DNA of 64,000 nucleotides from Candidatus Omnitrophota bacterium. Lineage in GTDB: Bacteria > Omnitrophota > Gorgyraeia > 2-02-FULL-51-18. Below are positions 28,637 to 39,349 of this stretch, in pieces. The notes beneath the pieces were generated by a model. That model was not told the origin of the DNA, searched no databases, and saw nothing but the letters and a program-made list of their open reading frames with translations. Numbering within the stretch: the first letter of the stretch is position 1; each line of letters opens with the position of its first letter. The stretch spans positions 604-64,603 of the forward strand of contig CAMDWQ010000005.1 of the NCBI GenBank assembly GCA_945877765.1, written 5' to 3'. A program made the position numbers and the translations under genes.

Positions 28637-29378
28637 AAGACTTTTTCAATACCCAGCCGGTCGTCTTATCTTGGAGAGCGATGTAATACCACTTGTCCGT
28701 CTGGTCAATCACGCGGGCTTTAGCGCCTTCGTGAAGGACGAACGCTTTAGTCTCTTTATCAGAGGGACCGTACCGCGCGGTGACTTCTTTTTCCAATACA
28801 ACCAAAAACGGGTCTTTCGCCGAAAGCCAACGAAAATAAAAAGCGGTTCCCGTCAAAATTAATAGCAGTGTAAAAAATCCCCCAATCCCAGCCGTCATGG
28901 ATTTTGATTGATGAAAGAAAAAATTTAGAACTGATACAATAAACAAAATCACCATGATGAAAGCAAATAGCAAGGCTATCTCGTCCACCGTAACCCAATT
29001 CAGTATCCTTTGGGCGCTTGAGATAAACACATTTTCATCGCTGTCGGCAATTCGGTCCGCCAGCGTCGTTTTGAGCACCGACTTATTCCATTCCACGTCA
29101 CGATCCCGAGGGGCCAGCGCATGCGCCCTTTCATAATCCACCAGAGCGGCACCTTTGTTGCCCGCACGAAAATCAGCATTCCCTAAGTTGTAATACAACG
29201 CGGCCGTCGGTTTACCCGAGGCGGCTGATTTTCGATAGAGGGAAGCCGCTGACACATAATCTCCTGCCTGGTACTTCTCGTTGGCTTCTTGAAATAAAGA
29301 CTTTTCGCCAGAAAACGCGAGCGTCGTTGAAAAAATAAACCCCAAAAATAGTGCCGCCACGATCAATCGTCTCATCAA
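28623..29378 (-). CDS. batE: BatE-like TPR + SH3b protein
   Basis: TPR YYNLGNA, two TM segments, LHEG...GWV. Confidence 0.8.
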   Translation of the reverse strand: MMRRLIVAALFLGFIFSTTLAFSGEKSLFQEANEKYQAGDYVSAASLYRKSAASGKPTAALYYNLGNADFRAGNKGAALVDYERAHALAPRDRDVEWNKSVLKTTLADRIADSDENVFISSAQRILNWVTVDEIALLFAFIMVILFIVSVLNFFFHQSKSMTAGIGGFFTLLLILTGTAFYFRWLSAKDPFLVVLEKEVTARYGPSDKETKAFVLHEGAKARVIDQTDKWYYIALQDKTTGWVLKKSCEVI

Positions 29379-31291
29379 AGCTTCACCCTTTCAAAAAAAG
29401 TGATCACCCGGTCTGCTAGTTGATAGAGCTCCAGCATATCCTCTTTAGTTTTATTCGACCGCGCAAATCTCCCAGAGGAAAGCTCATCAAATAAATTTTT
29501 AATATTGTTAAAAAGCTCAGGTGCCAGCTCCTCTTTGGCTCGCGCTTCGATCGCGGCCAACGAAACGGCTTGCGGCGATACACCGATCTTGTCGGCAAAA
29601 TAGGTGTAAATAGCCCGCGAAATCTCCGCGTAAAATTCTTCCTGCTTTTCCTCACGTAAGAGCCGCTTGGCATTTTTTAATTTTTGACGTGCCAGCGCAT
29701 GAGAACGTCGAAACCGTAAATCGCTAAGCCCAGAAAAACCATCCGTCTTACGGCCGGCAGCCAGCAAACCAAAAATCATCCAACCTGCCATCAATAGACC
29801 GATCAAGACCCAATAGGCTGGCCTCCGAAATATATTGTATCCCGACACCGCCTGGAAGGGTTGTGAGTTTCGGATAAAACGGATGTCTTTGGCAAGCACA
29901 GACACATCTTCCTTTTGCGCAGGTTCCGGTGCCGACAAAGAATTGGAAGATGGCTCTTCGCTCGACTGGGCGCTTCCGGTTACCACAAGAACGTGCGGAT
30001 CCGACTTCATCACTTTGTATTGTTGGTCTTTAGGGTCAAAGTAGGAAAACTCAATGGCCCCAATCGTATACTTTCCCGGCTTTTTCGGAACAATGATCGT
30101 CTCGGCAATTTTCTCTCCCTCGACAATCAGTTTTTCTTTTGAAATATTCACCGATGAGGAGGAATCGTACACTTTAAAATCATCTAGCTTGGGAAACGCC
30201 GGCATCTCCAGGGTGCTGATATTGCCGCGGCCCCACACACGAGTACGGTAAGTCACCGCATCACCCGTCTGGGCTTCCTTCCTATCCGCGGAACCTTCCA
30301 TTAAGTAGTTACCGACCGCCCCATTAAAACTGGCCGGCTTTCCCTCCAATGGCAGCTCCTTGACCGTAATTTTGACGGGGCCCACCGTTAGATTTTTTGT
30401 CACGATCCGTGTCATGAAAGGCGATTGAAAAGCGCGTTGGGCGCCAAAAATATTGTTGGAAAAGAAATCATCGAACGCATCATTTTCACGGATTTGTACA
30501 TCCGCTACCAAGGTGCCCGGCTCTAGATCATAAACACCTGCTTTTGTCGGGAAAAGTGCCAGCTTGCGGACATCGGCAACCACGTAACGCGATCCGTCTA
30601 AAATTTTTTCGGTGCGCTTGATAGTTTTTTCGGGAGGAAAATCTTCCACCCAAAATCCAGTAGTTACCGGTTCTTTCTCAAAGCCTTTATAAGTGGAGGA
30701 AAGCCGCGTATAAAATGTGTAAGTCAGCATGATCGGCTCGTTGACATAAACCTCGTCTTTATCAAGCCACGCCTGCACAAAAATATCTTTGTCCGAGACG
30801 CTCCCCGTCGGCAGGGCTCGTACCGAGGGCGCGGCCGCGGGACCTGAGGAGCGAGGGGTGGTCGACGAAACTCCCGTCATGGACCCGGCAGAAACAACAT
30901 CCACTTCTAGCGGAGCGACATTAAATGATTTGCCGCCAACAGCAACGATGAAAGGACCAATTTTTTTCTTACCCAGCGAATTGGCGACAAGCACATAGCT
31001 AAATACGCTGCGAGAAGCCATCTGGCTATTGGTCATCGAGATTTCCTGGGAATGACCCTGCGAGTAGGCGGTGAATCCGTCGAGAGCCCCCAACTGAGGG
31101 GTCGAAATTTTTCCTGGAGCATCGGTGATCACCAAATCCATCGTGACTTGGCTTCCAAGCTCAACACGCGAACTTGAGACAGAAGTCTCAATCGTCATCT
31201 CCGACCCGGCCCAAGACACCGGCGCCGTCATCAAACTGAGCGCCGCTATTATCAACCCAAATTTCTTCATGACACCCCTTCTAACTACCAA
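29375..31291 (-). CDS. batD: BatD family protein
   Basis: Ig-like repeats, FNGAVG, FSYFDP, DIR; bat operon context. Confidence 0.85.
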   Translation of the reverse strand: MVVRRGVMKKFGLIIAALSLMTAPVSWAGSEMTIETSVSSSRVELGSQVTMDLVITDAPGKISTPQLGALDGFTAYSQGHSQEISMTNSQMASRSVFSYVLVANSLGKKKIGPFIVAVGGKSFNVAPLEVDVVSAGSMTGVSSTTPRSSGPAAAPSVRALPTGSVSDKDIFVQAWLDKDEVYVNEPIMLTYTFYTRLSSTYKGFEKEPVTTGFWVEDFPPEKTIKRTEKILDGSRYVVADVRKLALFPTKAGVYDLEPGTLVADVQIRENDAFDDFFSNNIFGAQRAFQSPFMTRIVTKNLTVGPVKITVKELPLEGKPASFNGAVGNYLMEGSADRKEAQTGDAVTYRTRVWGRGNISTLEMPAFPKLDDFKVYDSSSSVNISKEKLIVEGEKIAETIIVPKKPGKYTIGAIEFSYFDPKDQQYKVMKSDPHVLVVTGSAQSSEEPSSNSLSAPEPAQKEDVSVLAKDIRFIRNSQPFQAVSGYNIFRRPAYWVLIGLLMAGWMIFGLLAAGRKTDGFSGLSDLRFRRSHALARQKLKNAKRLLREEKQEEFYAEISRAIYTYFADKIGVSPQAVSLAAIEARAKEELAPELFNNIKNLFDELSSGRFARSNKTKEDMLELYQLADRVITFFERVKL

Positions 31292-32295
31292 TCTTTTTCG
31301 GAAGACCTTCTAGCCTGTATTCTAGAATTTTTCTGTGATCCCTGCAATTTTAAAACTTGCTGCTCCTGGTTCTCAAGCGCCCCCAGAATTTGTTCCGCGC
31401 GAATCTGAGACTCACTGCGCTCCGGGACTTCCTCTTTCGTCTGACCGCCCTCATCCATCCCAGCACCTGACCCCTTTGAATCTTTCGGCTCTTCTTCTTT
31501 GCCTTGATCCTGCTCCTGTCCTGTTTGCGCTTGCTCCTGCCCCTCTTTCTTTTCCTGGCCTTCTTTTTTCTCTTCTTCGCCCGTCGCGCCCTCACCCTCC
31601 TCCGCCTGCCCATCTTCTTGCTTTTCTTCGCCCTTCTGACCTTCCTCTCCAGCCTTCTGCCCTTCTTTCTTCTGACCCTCCGACGCGTCCTGTTCTTTCT
31701 GATTTTCTTTTTGCTCACCCTGGCCTTGGTCCTCCTTCTTATCCTGGCCGGCATCCTGCTTTTTTTGATCCGGCTGATTCTGGCCGCTAGAATCTTTCTT
31801 TTCTTCCTTCTTCTCTTGTTTCTTATCTTCCTTTTTATCTTCTTTCTTTTTGTCCTGATTTTTTTGAGCACTATTTTCTTTGGTCAGAAGCTCAAGATTG
31901 TATTTGGCATCCTGATCCTCTTTATTGAAGCGCAGCGCGTTCTTGTAGGCCTCAATCGCTTTTTCTTTTTGATTTTGCCGAAACCAGCTATTGCCGAGAT
32001 TGTAGTAAGCTTTGGATTTTAAAATGGGGTCTTGCTCACCGCTTGCCGCTTTCTCATACGCCTGGGCGGAAGACTCAAAAGCGTCTTCTTTGAAAAAAGT
32101 ATTTCCCAGATTGTAAAGCGTAAGGGTTTGGCGGGGATCCGACTTTAACGCGCCCTGATATTCCGTGCGCGCTTTGCCGAGCTCCCCTTTTTTATAAAAC
32201 TGATTTCCCTTTTCATTTTTTATCTCGGCAATAGGGCTAAAGCCGCAAAAGAAAATGGCAAGCATCAGTGTCGCCCCTACCGATGTTAGTCTCAT
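31285..32295 (-). CDS. batC: BatC-like TPR protein with Q/E/K low-complexity tail
   Basis: TPRs, DAKYNLEL, terminal EKDW. Confidence 0.8.
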   Translation of the reverse strand: MRLTSVGATLMLAIFFCGFSPIAEIKNEKGNQFYKKGELGKARTEYQGALKSDPRQTLTLYNLGNTFFKEDAFESSAQAYEKAASGEQDPILKSKAYYNLGNSWFRQNQKEKAIEAYKNALRFNKEDQDAKYNLELLTKENSAQKNQDKKKEDKKEDKKQEKKEEKKDSSGQNQPDQKKQDAGQDKKEDQGQGEQKENQKEQDASEGQKKEGQKAGEEGQKGEEKQEDGQAEEGEGATGEEEKKEGQEKKEGQEQAQTGQEQDQGKEEEPKDSKGSGAGMDEGGQTKEEVPERSESQIRAEQILGALENQEQQVLKLQGSQKNSRIQARRSSEKDW

Positions 32296-33281
32296 TTTTT
32301 CCTCTCTGACAAAAACATCTCTATCAAAAGAAGCAAAATGGCAATTAGCAGAAAAAATTGAAAATTCTCCTCATATTCCACGGACCACTCGCTCTTCAAA
32401 TCTTTTTGTTTCATCCCCATCATTTCGTGGACCAATCGGTCGGTCTCAAAATTTCCGCCCGAAGCGCGAAAATAGGCCCCCCGCGTGCGGCTAGCGATAT
32501 CTCTCAATAGGTTTTCGTTGAGCTTGGAGATGACCGTACGGCCGCTGCGGTCTTTTTTGCTGTCGCCGCCGGAATGCTCCGAGGGTAAAGTACCGCCGTC
32601 GTTAGTGCCAATCCCGATAGTAAAAACTCGTATCCCAGACTTCGCCGCGCGGTCAGCCGCTCCCAGCGCATCGGGCTCATGATTTTCCCCATCGGTCAGG
32701 AGTATCACAGCTTTATATTCTTTTTCTTTTTCCGCAAATGCCTGCCCTGACACAGCCAGCGCACGCGCAAGCGAAGTCCCCTGATTACTGATCAACTCCG
32801 GGCTGATCGTAGACAAAAACAATTTGACCGCGTTGTAATCCAGGGTCAGCGGGCATTGAATGACGGCATCCCCCGCAAAAGCGACGATCCCGATACGGTT
32901 TCCCTTTAGCTTCTGAATCAACTCGGTAAGTTCCAATTTTGCTTTCTCAAGGCGGCTGGGGGCGATATCCCTGGCCAACATGCTATTAGAAACATCCACC
33001 GCGATCATGACATCGATTCCTTTTCGCTCCACCCGCGTTTCTTTCTTTCGAAAATGGGGCTGCGCTAGAGCTAAAACAAGGCAAAAAATTGCCAGGACCA
33101 AAAGAATCCTTTTTAGAAAACGCACGGTAAGATTTAGCGATCCTGAAAGCGTCCGCACAAGCTCGCGATCACCAAAGCGCGACAAGGCTTTTTTTCGCCG
33201 CCAGGAGTTCAGGGCAAAAACAGCCGTGACCAGCACCAAGAGCCAAAACCAAATAAAATTTCCGGGCAAACCCCATTCCAT
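32292..33281 (-). CDS. batB: BatB-like VWA protein
   Basis: DVSNSM MIDAS, LTDGE. Confidence 0.85.
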   Translation of the reverse strand: MEWGLPGNFIWFWLLVLVTAVFALNSWRRKKALSRFGDRELVRTLSGSLNLTVRFLKRILLVLAIFCLVLALAQPHFRKKETRVERKGIDVMIAVDVSNSMLARDIAPSRLEKAKLELTELIQKLKGNRIGIVAFAGDAVIQCPLTLDYNAVKLFLSTISPELISNQGTSLARALAVSGQAFAEKEKEYKAVILLTDGENHEPDALGAADRAAKSGIRVFTIGIGTNDGGTLPSEHSGGDSKKDRSGRTVISKLNENLLRDIASRTRGAYFRASGGNFETDRLVHEMMGMKQKDLKSEWSVEYEENFQFFLLIAILLLLIEMFLSERKK

Positions 33282-33297
33282 TTATTACTCCCCACTT

Positions 33298-33362
33298 GTC
33301 ATTCCCGCGAAGGCGGGAATCAAACCCAGACACGATCCCCGATTAAAGATTTCGGGGATGAC
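33298..33362. repeat. Family B REP doublet
   Basis: gtcattcccgcgaaggcgggaatc...gatccccg...cggggatgac. Confidence 0.85.
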
Positions 33363-33373
33363 ACAATTAAAAA

Positions 33374-34363
33374 TTAAGGTATTTTTACCAGTAATAAATT
33401 GGTCCACGCAATCTCGATCAACAAAAAGATAAGCGCCGGCCACAAAAACAAAAAGTAATGTTCCTCGTAATGGACAAACTTCTCGACCGTAATCTCTGTT
33501 TTTTCAAGGCTGTCAATATCACGAAAAATATCCCTCAGCGACTGCTGATCCTGGGCACGGAAATATTTTCCGCCTGTCTTGGAGGCAATCTCGGACAAAA
33601 GTTTTTCATCGATTTGTGTCTGCATCTTCATCAAACGGGTTCCAAACGCGGGGTCTTTGACCGGAATATAGGCAAAACCTTCTTTCCCAACACCGACGGT
33701 ATAGACACGGATTTTAAATTGCTTTGCCAATTCAGCGGCAGTCAGAGGATCGATTTCACCGGCGTTGTTTACCCCATCCGTCAAAAGAACAATTATTTTG
33801 CTCTTGGCTTCCGAACCGCGCAGGCGATTTACGGCATTGCCCAAACCAAGACCGATCGCTGTCCCGTCTTCCACCATCCCGATCTGGATCTGATCTAAAA
33901 GCGTCAAAATCGCCTTGTGGTCAATCGTCAACGGGCACTGGGTAAAACTTTGCCCCGCAAAAATGACAAGTCCAATACGGTCATTACTTCTGCCCTCAAT
34001 AAACCGCTTCGCCTCAAGCTTCGCGGCCGTTAGACGATTATCCGGCTGAAAATCCAAAGACGCCATACTCCCCGAAATATCCAGAGCGACCACCAAATCA
34101 ACCACATGGCGGGTCGATTTCTCTTCCCCCGTGCCGGTTTGAGGCCTCATGAGAGCCAGAATAAGAAACGTCAAAGCCGCCAGTCGAAGAAGCGCCGTGA
34201 CCACACGCCGCAGACCGGTTTTTTTCCCGCCGGCAGTCTTGATAAGTTTGAGATTTGAAAACTTCAGCGCACCGTCTTTTCCGATCCAACCCAAAAGGTA
34301 AGCCAGAAAAAAAAGAATCACCGGAATAAAAAATAATAAAAATAGAGGGTCTTTAAATTTCAT
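33374..34363 (-). CDS. batA: BatA-like VWA protein
   Basis: DISGSM, DRIGLV, GTAIG, LTDG.NN. Confidence 0.88.
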   Translation of the reverse strand: MKFKDPLFLLFFIPVILFFLAYLLGWIGKDGALKFSNLKLIKTAGGKKTGLRRVVTALLRLAALTFLILALMRPQTGTGEEKSTRHVVDLVVALDISGSMASLDFQPDNRLTAAKLEAKRFIEGRSNDRIGLVIFAGQSFTQCPLTIDHKAILTLLDQIQIGMVEDGTAIGLGLGNAVNRLRGSEAKSKIIVLLTDGVNNAGEIDPLTAAELAKQFKIRVYTVGVGKEGFAYIPVKDPAFGTRLMKMQTQIDEKLLSEIASKTGGKYFRAQDQQSLRDIFRDIDSLEKTEITVEKFVHYEEHYFLFLWPALIFLLIEIAWTNLLLVKIP

Positions 34364-35329
34364 CTATTTCCCCTTACTATTTTTGGCGGAAGCTTGCGGC
34401 GGCGGCATCGTCAATTGAGCGAATGCCTCTAAGCGGCCTTTTAGCGTCTGGGCCAACAAACGGTCCGGCACAAAACGAGCAAACTTCACTAGATCCGTTT
34501 TATCAAAAATTTCATTGGCATGCTCCAGCGCCACAGAATCAAAAATGATTTCTTTTAGCAGAGGTTTTATCTCAACGCTGGTATGTTCCATGACATCCAG
34601 GCCATACCTTCTTTCCAAGTACCGGCGTAGAATAGTCGACAACTCACTATAGTGTTCCTTGATTCTTCCCGATGAAAGCCACTCCTTTTCCTGCAAACGT
34701 CTCAACTCAAGTAAAAGTCTCTCGCCTGCGGGCAACCGGCTCTCCATATCCTCTTTTCTTTTCTTTTGGTCCTGGATTAAAAGATAAATCAGAAGCCCTG
34801 TCAAAAGAAGCGCAATAAACCCAAGAAGCCAATCCACCAAATAACGCAGCGGCACGCCGGCAGGTCCCTTGATAGGACGGATATCCGCTTTGTCATCCTT
34901 TGTTTTTCCCACACTAATCACTCGTACCGGAATCTCCGGCGTATTAGCTTCGGCTCGCTGCCCGCCGGTATTCCAGATCACCAGCGGAATCGAGGGAATT
35001 TTAAAATCACCCACTTTGAAAATGGTTAGGCGTAGAGTCACTGTCTGCAAGACCCCGTTGCCCTTTTTGGTGACCAATGGCTTATCAATGGACCTGATCT
35101 CAAAGGGCGCCACGAGCGTTTTGGCGGAAATCGGTTCAATCAAAACCCCTGGGGGAAAGTGAGCCTGGATAACCAACCGGACTTCGTCGCCGACATGAAT
35201 CACCGAAGGAAATACCCGAGCGCTAAGGCCGCCCACGCGCCCTGATGACTCTTCCTCCGTCTGTGCCGCCAATAGAGGCCGCATCAAGAAAACAGCGGCA
35301 ACCATCAGAAGGATTAAAGCTTTTTTCAA
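34364..35329 (-). CDS. bat-operon membrane protein
   Basis: Ig-like domain, DIRPIK, TM, LRRYLE, DLVKFA. Confidence 0.75.
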   Translation of the reverse strand: MKKALILLMVAAVFLMRPLLAAQTEEESSGRVGGLSARVFPSVIHVGDEVRLVIQAHFPPGVLIEPISAKTLVAPFEIRSIDKPLVTKKGNGVLQTVTLRLTIFKVGDFKIPSIPLVIWNTGGQRAEANTPEIPVRVISVGKTKDDKADIRPIKGPAGVPLRYLVDWLLGFIALLLTGLLIYLLIQDQKKRKEDMESRLPAGERLLLELRRLQEKEWLSSGRIKEHYSELSTILRRYLERRYGLDVMEHTSVEIKPLLKEIIFDSVALEHANEIFDKTDLVKFARFVPDRLLAQTLKGRLEAFAQLTMPPPQASAKNSKGK

Positions 35330-36207
35330 CGGTTAATCCTCCGAATTCTTTTCTTAAAAAACTGAATCAATGGATCGATGTAGGAGGACCCGGCATTGAT
35401 GTTGATAAAATCAATTCCAATCGAAGAGAAAAATTTTTCACGATTTTCCTTGCGCGAAACCCCTTCTTTTTCAAAACGTTTGCGAAAATCAGCGCCAGGA
35501 GCCAGTGAAAAAACTTCGCCGGTCTCCGCGTCTTCCAGATCAATCGAAGCGCCAAATGAGGGGAATGCTTTCTCCGACGGATCTTCGACAACGATGGCGG
35601 TCACGTCATGTTTTTTGTGGGCAATTTTCAAAAGATTGTCATAGTTCTCTGACATAAAATCCGAGACCAGAAATACCGTCGAACGCTTGGTCACGACATT
35701 ATTTAAAAGTTTGAGCGCGCAGTTGATATCGGTACGCTTTCGTTTGGGGCTAAAAGAAAGGATTTCACGAATCACACGCAGCACGTGGGAGCGGCCTTTT
35801 TTAGGGGGGATATATTTTTCTACTTCATCGGTAAATAAAATGAGGCCTACCCGGTCTTTGTTTTTGATGGCAGAGAATGCCAGAAGCGCGCAAATTTCAG
35901 CAATGGTTTCGGATTTGCTTTTGCCATGTGTGCCGTATTGGCCTGAGGAGCTTAGATCTACCAGAAACATTACGCTAAGCTCGCGCTCCTCGACGAATTT
36001 CTTCGTATAAGGCGCTCCCATCCGAGCCGTGACATTCCAATCGATGTCGCGGATATCGTCCTGTGCGTCATATTCACGCACCTCGCTAAACTCCATCCCG
36101 CGGCCTTTAAAGACACTATGATATTCGCCCGCAAAGATGGTATTCACCAGCTTTGAGGTGCTAATTTCAATAAAGCGGACTTTAGCCAGCAGTTCTTTGG
36201 ATATCAT
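35326..36207 (-). CDS. DUF58 domain protein
   Basis: GMEFSEVREY, IDWNVTAR, FVEERE, SDF. Confidence 0.92.
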   Translation of the reverse strand: MISKELLAKVRFIEISTSKLVNTIFAGEYHSVFKGRGMEFSEVREYDAQDDIRDIDWNVTARMGAPYTKKFVEERELSVMFLVDLSSSGQYGTHGKSKSETIAEICALLAFSAIKNKDRVGLILFTDEVEKYIPPKKGRSHVLRVIREILSFSPKRKRTDINCALKLLNNVVTKRSTVFLVSDFMSENYDNLLKIAHKKHDVTAIVVEDPSEKAFPSFGASIDLEDAETGEVFSLAPGADFRKRFEKEGVSRKENREKFFSSIGIDFININAGSSYIDPLIQFFKKRIRRINR

Positions 36208-36212
36208 AAACC

Positions 36213-36428
36213 CTACAACCCCTCCGCCTTCGGCACCTCCCCTTCGAAAGGGGAGGAAATCGTGCTGTCTTTCCCCTCCCTTTTAAAACAGAAGAAAATC
36301 AAGCACCTTTTCCCCTCCTTTCGAAGGAGGGGTGGCGCCGAAGGCGACGGGGTGGTTGACACGTTCAACACCATGTCTAAACCCCTGCAACCCCTCCGCC
36401 TCCGGCACCTCCCCTTCGAAATGGGAGG
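36213..36428. repeat. Family C repeat cluster (CCCCTCC...GAAGGGGAGG hairpins)
   Basis: acccctccgcct.cggcacctccccttcg units alternate with tcccctcctttcgaaggaggggtggcgccgaaggcgacggggtgg; also at 62419-62525. Confidence 0.85.
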
Positions 36429-36436
36429 AAAATTTT

Positions 36437-37426
36437 CTACGGAACCTCAATCTGGTCAAATACCATTTTCACCAAATCTTCCGAAGTTTTTTGCTCAGCT
36501 TCGGCTTCATACGTGGGAATTACTCGGTGGCGCAGCACATCCAGTCCGATGGCTTTCACGTCATCCGGCACCACATAGCCGCGGCCTTTGAGAAAAGCAT
36601 GGGCTTTCGATGCAATATTTAGATAAATCGTCGCACGCGGTGACGCGCCGTAAAGCACAAGCGCTTTCATCCCTTTTATTTTATAGGCTTCGGGGTCCCG
36701 CGTCGCGCATATGATATTGACGATATAATCTTTGATTTTGTCATCGATATAAATCTCTTTAACCACCTCGCGGGCGCGCAAGATATCCTCGGGTGTTGCC
36801 ACGGGCCTAATCACCGCGGGCTTGTGTCCTGCCATGCGATCCATGATTTCCAACTCTTCCTTCTTGTTGGGATAATTAATTTTAAGTTTAAACATAAAAC
36901 GATCTACCTGCGCTTCAGGAAGCGCGTAGGTTCCTTCCTGCTCAATCGGATTTTGAGTCGCCATGACCATAAAAAGATCCCCCAGCGAATAAGTCTGCCC
37001 GCCCAGCGTGATCTGTCTTTCCTGCATCGCTTCCAAAAGAGCGCTTTGAACCTTCGCCGGCGCGCGATTAATTTCATCCGCGAGAATTATATTAGAAAAA
37101 AGAGGGCCTTTTTTAGTCACAAACTCGCCAGTCTTCGCATTGTAAATCTGCGTCCCCAACAAATCCGCCGGCAAAAGATCCGGAGTAAACTGTATCCTCT
37201 GAAAACCCGTGCTGATCGCCTGCGAGAGCGTTTTTACAGAAAGCGTTTTTGCCAGCCCCGGCACACCCTCCAACAGCACGTGCCCATCCGCCAAAAGACT
37301 CAACAAAAGCCTCTCCACCAGATAATTTTGTCCAACAATGACTTTGCCGATTTCCGCCTGCAAAGCACGGATCAACACACTCTCTTTTTCAACTTTTTGG
37401 GCGACTTCTTTGATATCAACGCTCAT
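36437..37426 (-). CDS. moxR: MoxR-family AAA+ ATPase
   Basis: EGVPGLAKT, RIQFTPDLLP, DEINRA, ATQNPIEQEGTY. Confidence 0.95.
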   Translation of the reverse strand: MSVDIKEVAQKVEKESVLIRALQAEIGKVIVGQNYLVERLLLSLLADGHVLLEGVPGLAKTLSVKTLSQAISTGFQRIQFTPDLLPADLLGTQIYNAKTGEFVTKKGPLFSNIILADEINRAPAKVQSALLEAMQERQITLGGQTYSLGDLFMVMATQNPIEQEGTYALPEAQVDRFMFKLKINYPNKKEELEIMDRMAGHKPAVIRPVATPEDILRAREVVKEIYIDDKIKDYIVNIICATRDPEAYKIKGMKALVLYGASPRATIYLNIASKAHAFLKGRGYVVPDDVKAIGLDVLRHRVIPTYEAEAEQKTSEDLVKMVFDQIEVP

Positions 37427-37515
37427 AATCAAGACCTCCTAAATATTAGGGTATTATACTAAATATTTGAAACAAATGTGAAGCACCCATCTCTCCATGT
37501 CTCTTTGTCCCCCAT

Positions 37516-37710
37516 GTCATTCCCGAGAGTTTTAATCGGGAATCAAACCCAAACTGCGTCATTCCCGAAATCTTTAATCGGGAATCAAACCGGGGTATGA
37601 TCCCCGATAAATAATCTCGGGGATGACACTGGGGTGAGACTGGCATGACACTCGCATAAGACACTGGCATGACACTCGCATAAGACACTGGCATGACACT
37701 GGGTTGACAC
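37516..37710. repeat. Family B REP triplet followed by short tandem repeats
   Basis: Three palindromes at 37516-37627, then actggcatgacactcgcataagac x2 and related units. Confidence 0.8.
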
Positions 37711-37739
37711 GGGTGATGCTAGGAATGACACCAGAAACA

Positions 37740-38129
37740 CTAATTTAATATTTTAAACGATTTCTGTCCAAACACCGTATCATTTACAAAAATCCTAAAT
37801 TCATATTCTCCCGCATGCTCAAATTTGACCGAAAAAATATTAAACACAAGCTCACAATCCCGCGAGCGGTCCTTCACCGTATATCCCTGAATCATTGCCC
37901 GGTGCATCGATTTCCCCTCGTTCAAATCAAACAGCTCGAGCGAAAAATCAAACGTCCCCTCAATCTCGCGAAACTGGACATAAATACTCATCGACGGGTG
38001 CGAGGACGGAAACTTCACTGACTTAATTCGGTCAAAAATACCAATCAGCGTGCGTTTATGCGTCCCCTCCTCGACAAGCGTCTGGTCACAAAGAAGTATG
38101 GCTTTCAAAATCGGCTTTAAGTGCATCAA
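37740..38129 (-). CDS. Conserved hypothetical protein (DUF6941-like)
   Basis: LLCD....E...K..LIGIFD...FP...GEY pattern. Confidence 0.65.
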   Translation of the reverse strand: MMHLKPILKAILLCDQTLVEEGTHKRTLIGIFDRIKSVKFPSSHPSMSIYVQFREIEGTFDFSLELFDLNEGKSMHRAMIQGYTVKDRSRDCELVFNIFSVKFEHAGEYEFRIFVNDTVFGQKSFKILN

Positions 38130-38557
38130 TCCTCCGTAACGGTGTCTGGTAATTGGTTGGTGTCGCCAAGTTTAGCGGGGAAATATAATTGGAGCTGTTC
38201 ACCAACGCTCCAGATCCCCGCCAAAAGACCTTTTTTGATTTCATTCTTTTTAAAAAAACCCAGCATCAGGTCTCGTGTTTGGTCCCAAAAATAGGGCCGG
38301 ACTCTCTGGTGAATTCCTGAGTCTCCCACAATCACCAATTGATGACTTTCAAGGGCAATAAATAGAAGGACAGCATTTTTTTCTTTTGTCCGATCAAGCC
38401 TCAATTTTTTAAATAAGCGCTGGGCTTCTATTTTTGGATCTCGACTACACTTTTTTCTCAAATGCACTTGAATCTCGCCAGTAGTCAACCGCTCTGCTGT
38501 ACGAATCGCCTCAACAATTTGCCCTTCATCTTCTTTAGAAAAAAAAGGTCCTACCAT
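38126..38557 (-). CDS. TPM domain protein (short)
   Basis: AI..AE..TTGEI, NAVLL, GDSGIH, NQLPD; likely start ATG 38557. Confidence 0.85.
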   Translation of the reverse strand: MVGPFFSKEDEGQIVEAIRTAERLTTGEIQVHLRKKCSRDPKIEAQRLFKKLRLDRTKEKNAVLLFIALESHQLVIVGDSGIHQRVRPYFWDQTRDLMLGFFKKNEIKKGLLAGIWSVGEQLQLYFPAKLGDTNQLPDTVTED

Positions 38558-39310
38558 GAGCCGCTGGACCCCCCACCGCCAAAACTCCCGCCGCCGCCGC
38601 CGCCAAATCCCCCTCCACCCCAACCACTGCCTGAAGACCCGCCACCACCCCACCAGATAAACGGACCTCCTCTTCCAGAGTAAGTTCTCCCTTTGGATCG
38701 TTCGAGCACGATGATAATAAAAATCAGCATCAACACAAAAAGAACGGGCTTGAAAGAATTTATTTTTTCATCATCAATAGTTGCCGCGTACTCTCCTCTT
38801 GTCGCGCGCAGAATCCCATCCACCGCCTTCTCGACGCCGACATCATAATTTCCCTCCCGAAAGTTGGGCACTATTTCATTTTGAATAATCTGATTAGCCG
38901 TCACATCCGGCAAAGCGCCTTCAAGGCCGTAGCCTACTTCAATACGTACTTTCCTGTCGGATTTAAAAATAAGCAGCATGACGCCATTATCTTTCTCTTT
39001 TCCGCCAATCTTCCATTGCTCAGCCAAGCGAATCGAAAAATCCTCCAGCGAACCCCCTTCCAACGAATCAAAAATCGCCACCACCACCTGCGTGGAATTC
39101 GCCTTTTCAAACTCCGCTAAGGTCGTCTCCATTTTTTCCCTGCTCTCGGAGGAGAGAAGGCTAATATAGTCGTTCACGTAATGCTCGGGTTTTTCGGGAA
39201 TGGGGAGCGCGAAAGCGGGAGATGATAAGAGGGAAATAAACAGCCCTACGATTACTCTAAAAAATAGTCGCCGGTATGATCCCCGATTAAACAATTCGGG
39301 GATGACATGG
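38551..39310 (-). CDS. TPM domain (YgcG-like) protein; start uncertain
   Basis: VND...LS, DNGVML, RIEVGYGLEG, Gly-rich tail FGGGGSSGSW; upstream ORF extension runs through repeats. Confidence 0.85.
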
Positions 39311-39349
39311 AGTGCCAGGGTCCAACACCCGACGGGTGGCGCCAACTCC

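Noticed and set aside
31335-32022. Overlapping ORFs rich in Arg/Lys, Leu/Phe or Pro
   Set aside because: Alternative frames of the low-complexity BatC tail.
37446-37694. 82-aa ORF with MPVSYASV repeats; possible CRISPR-like array
   Set aside because: Translation of REP and tandem repeats; no unique spacers and no cas genes.
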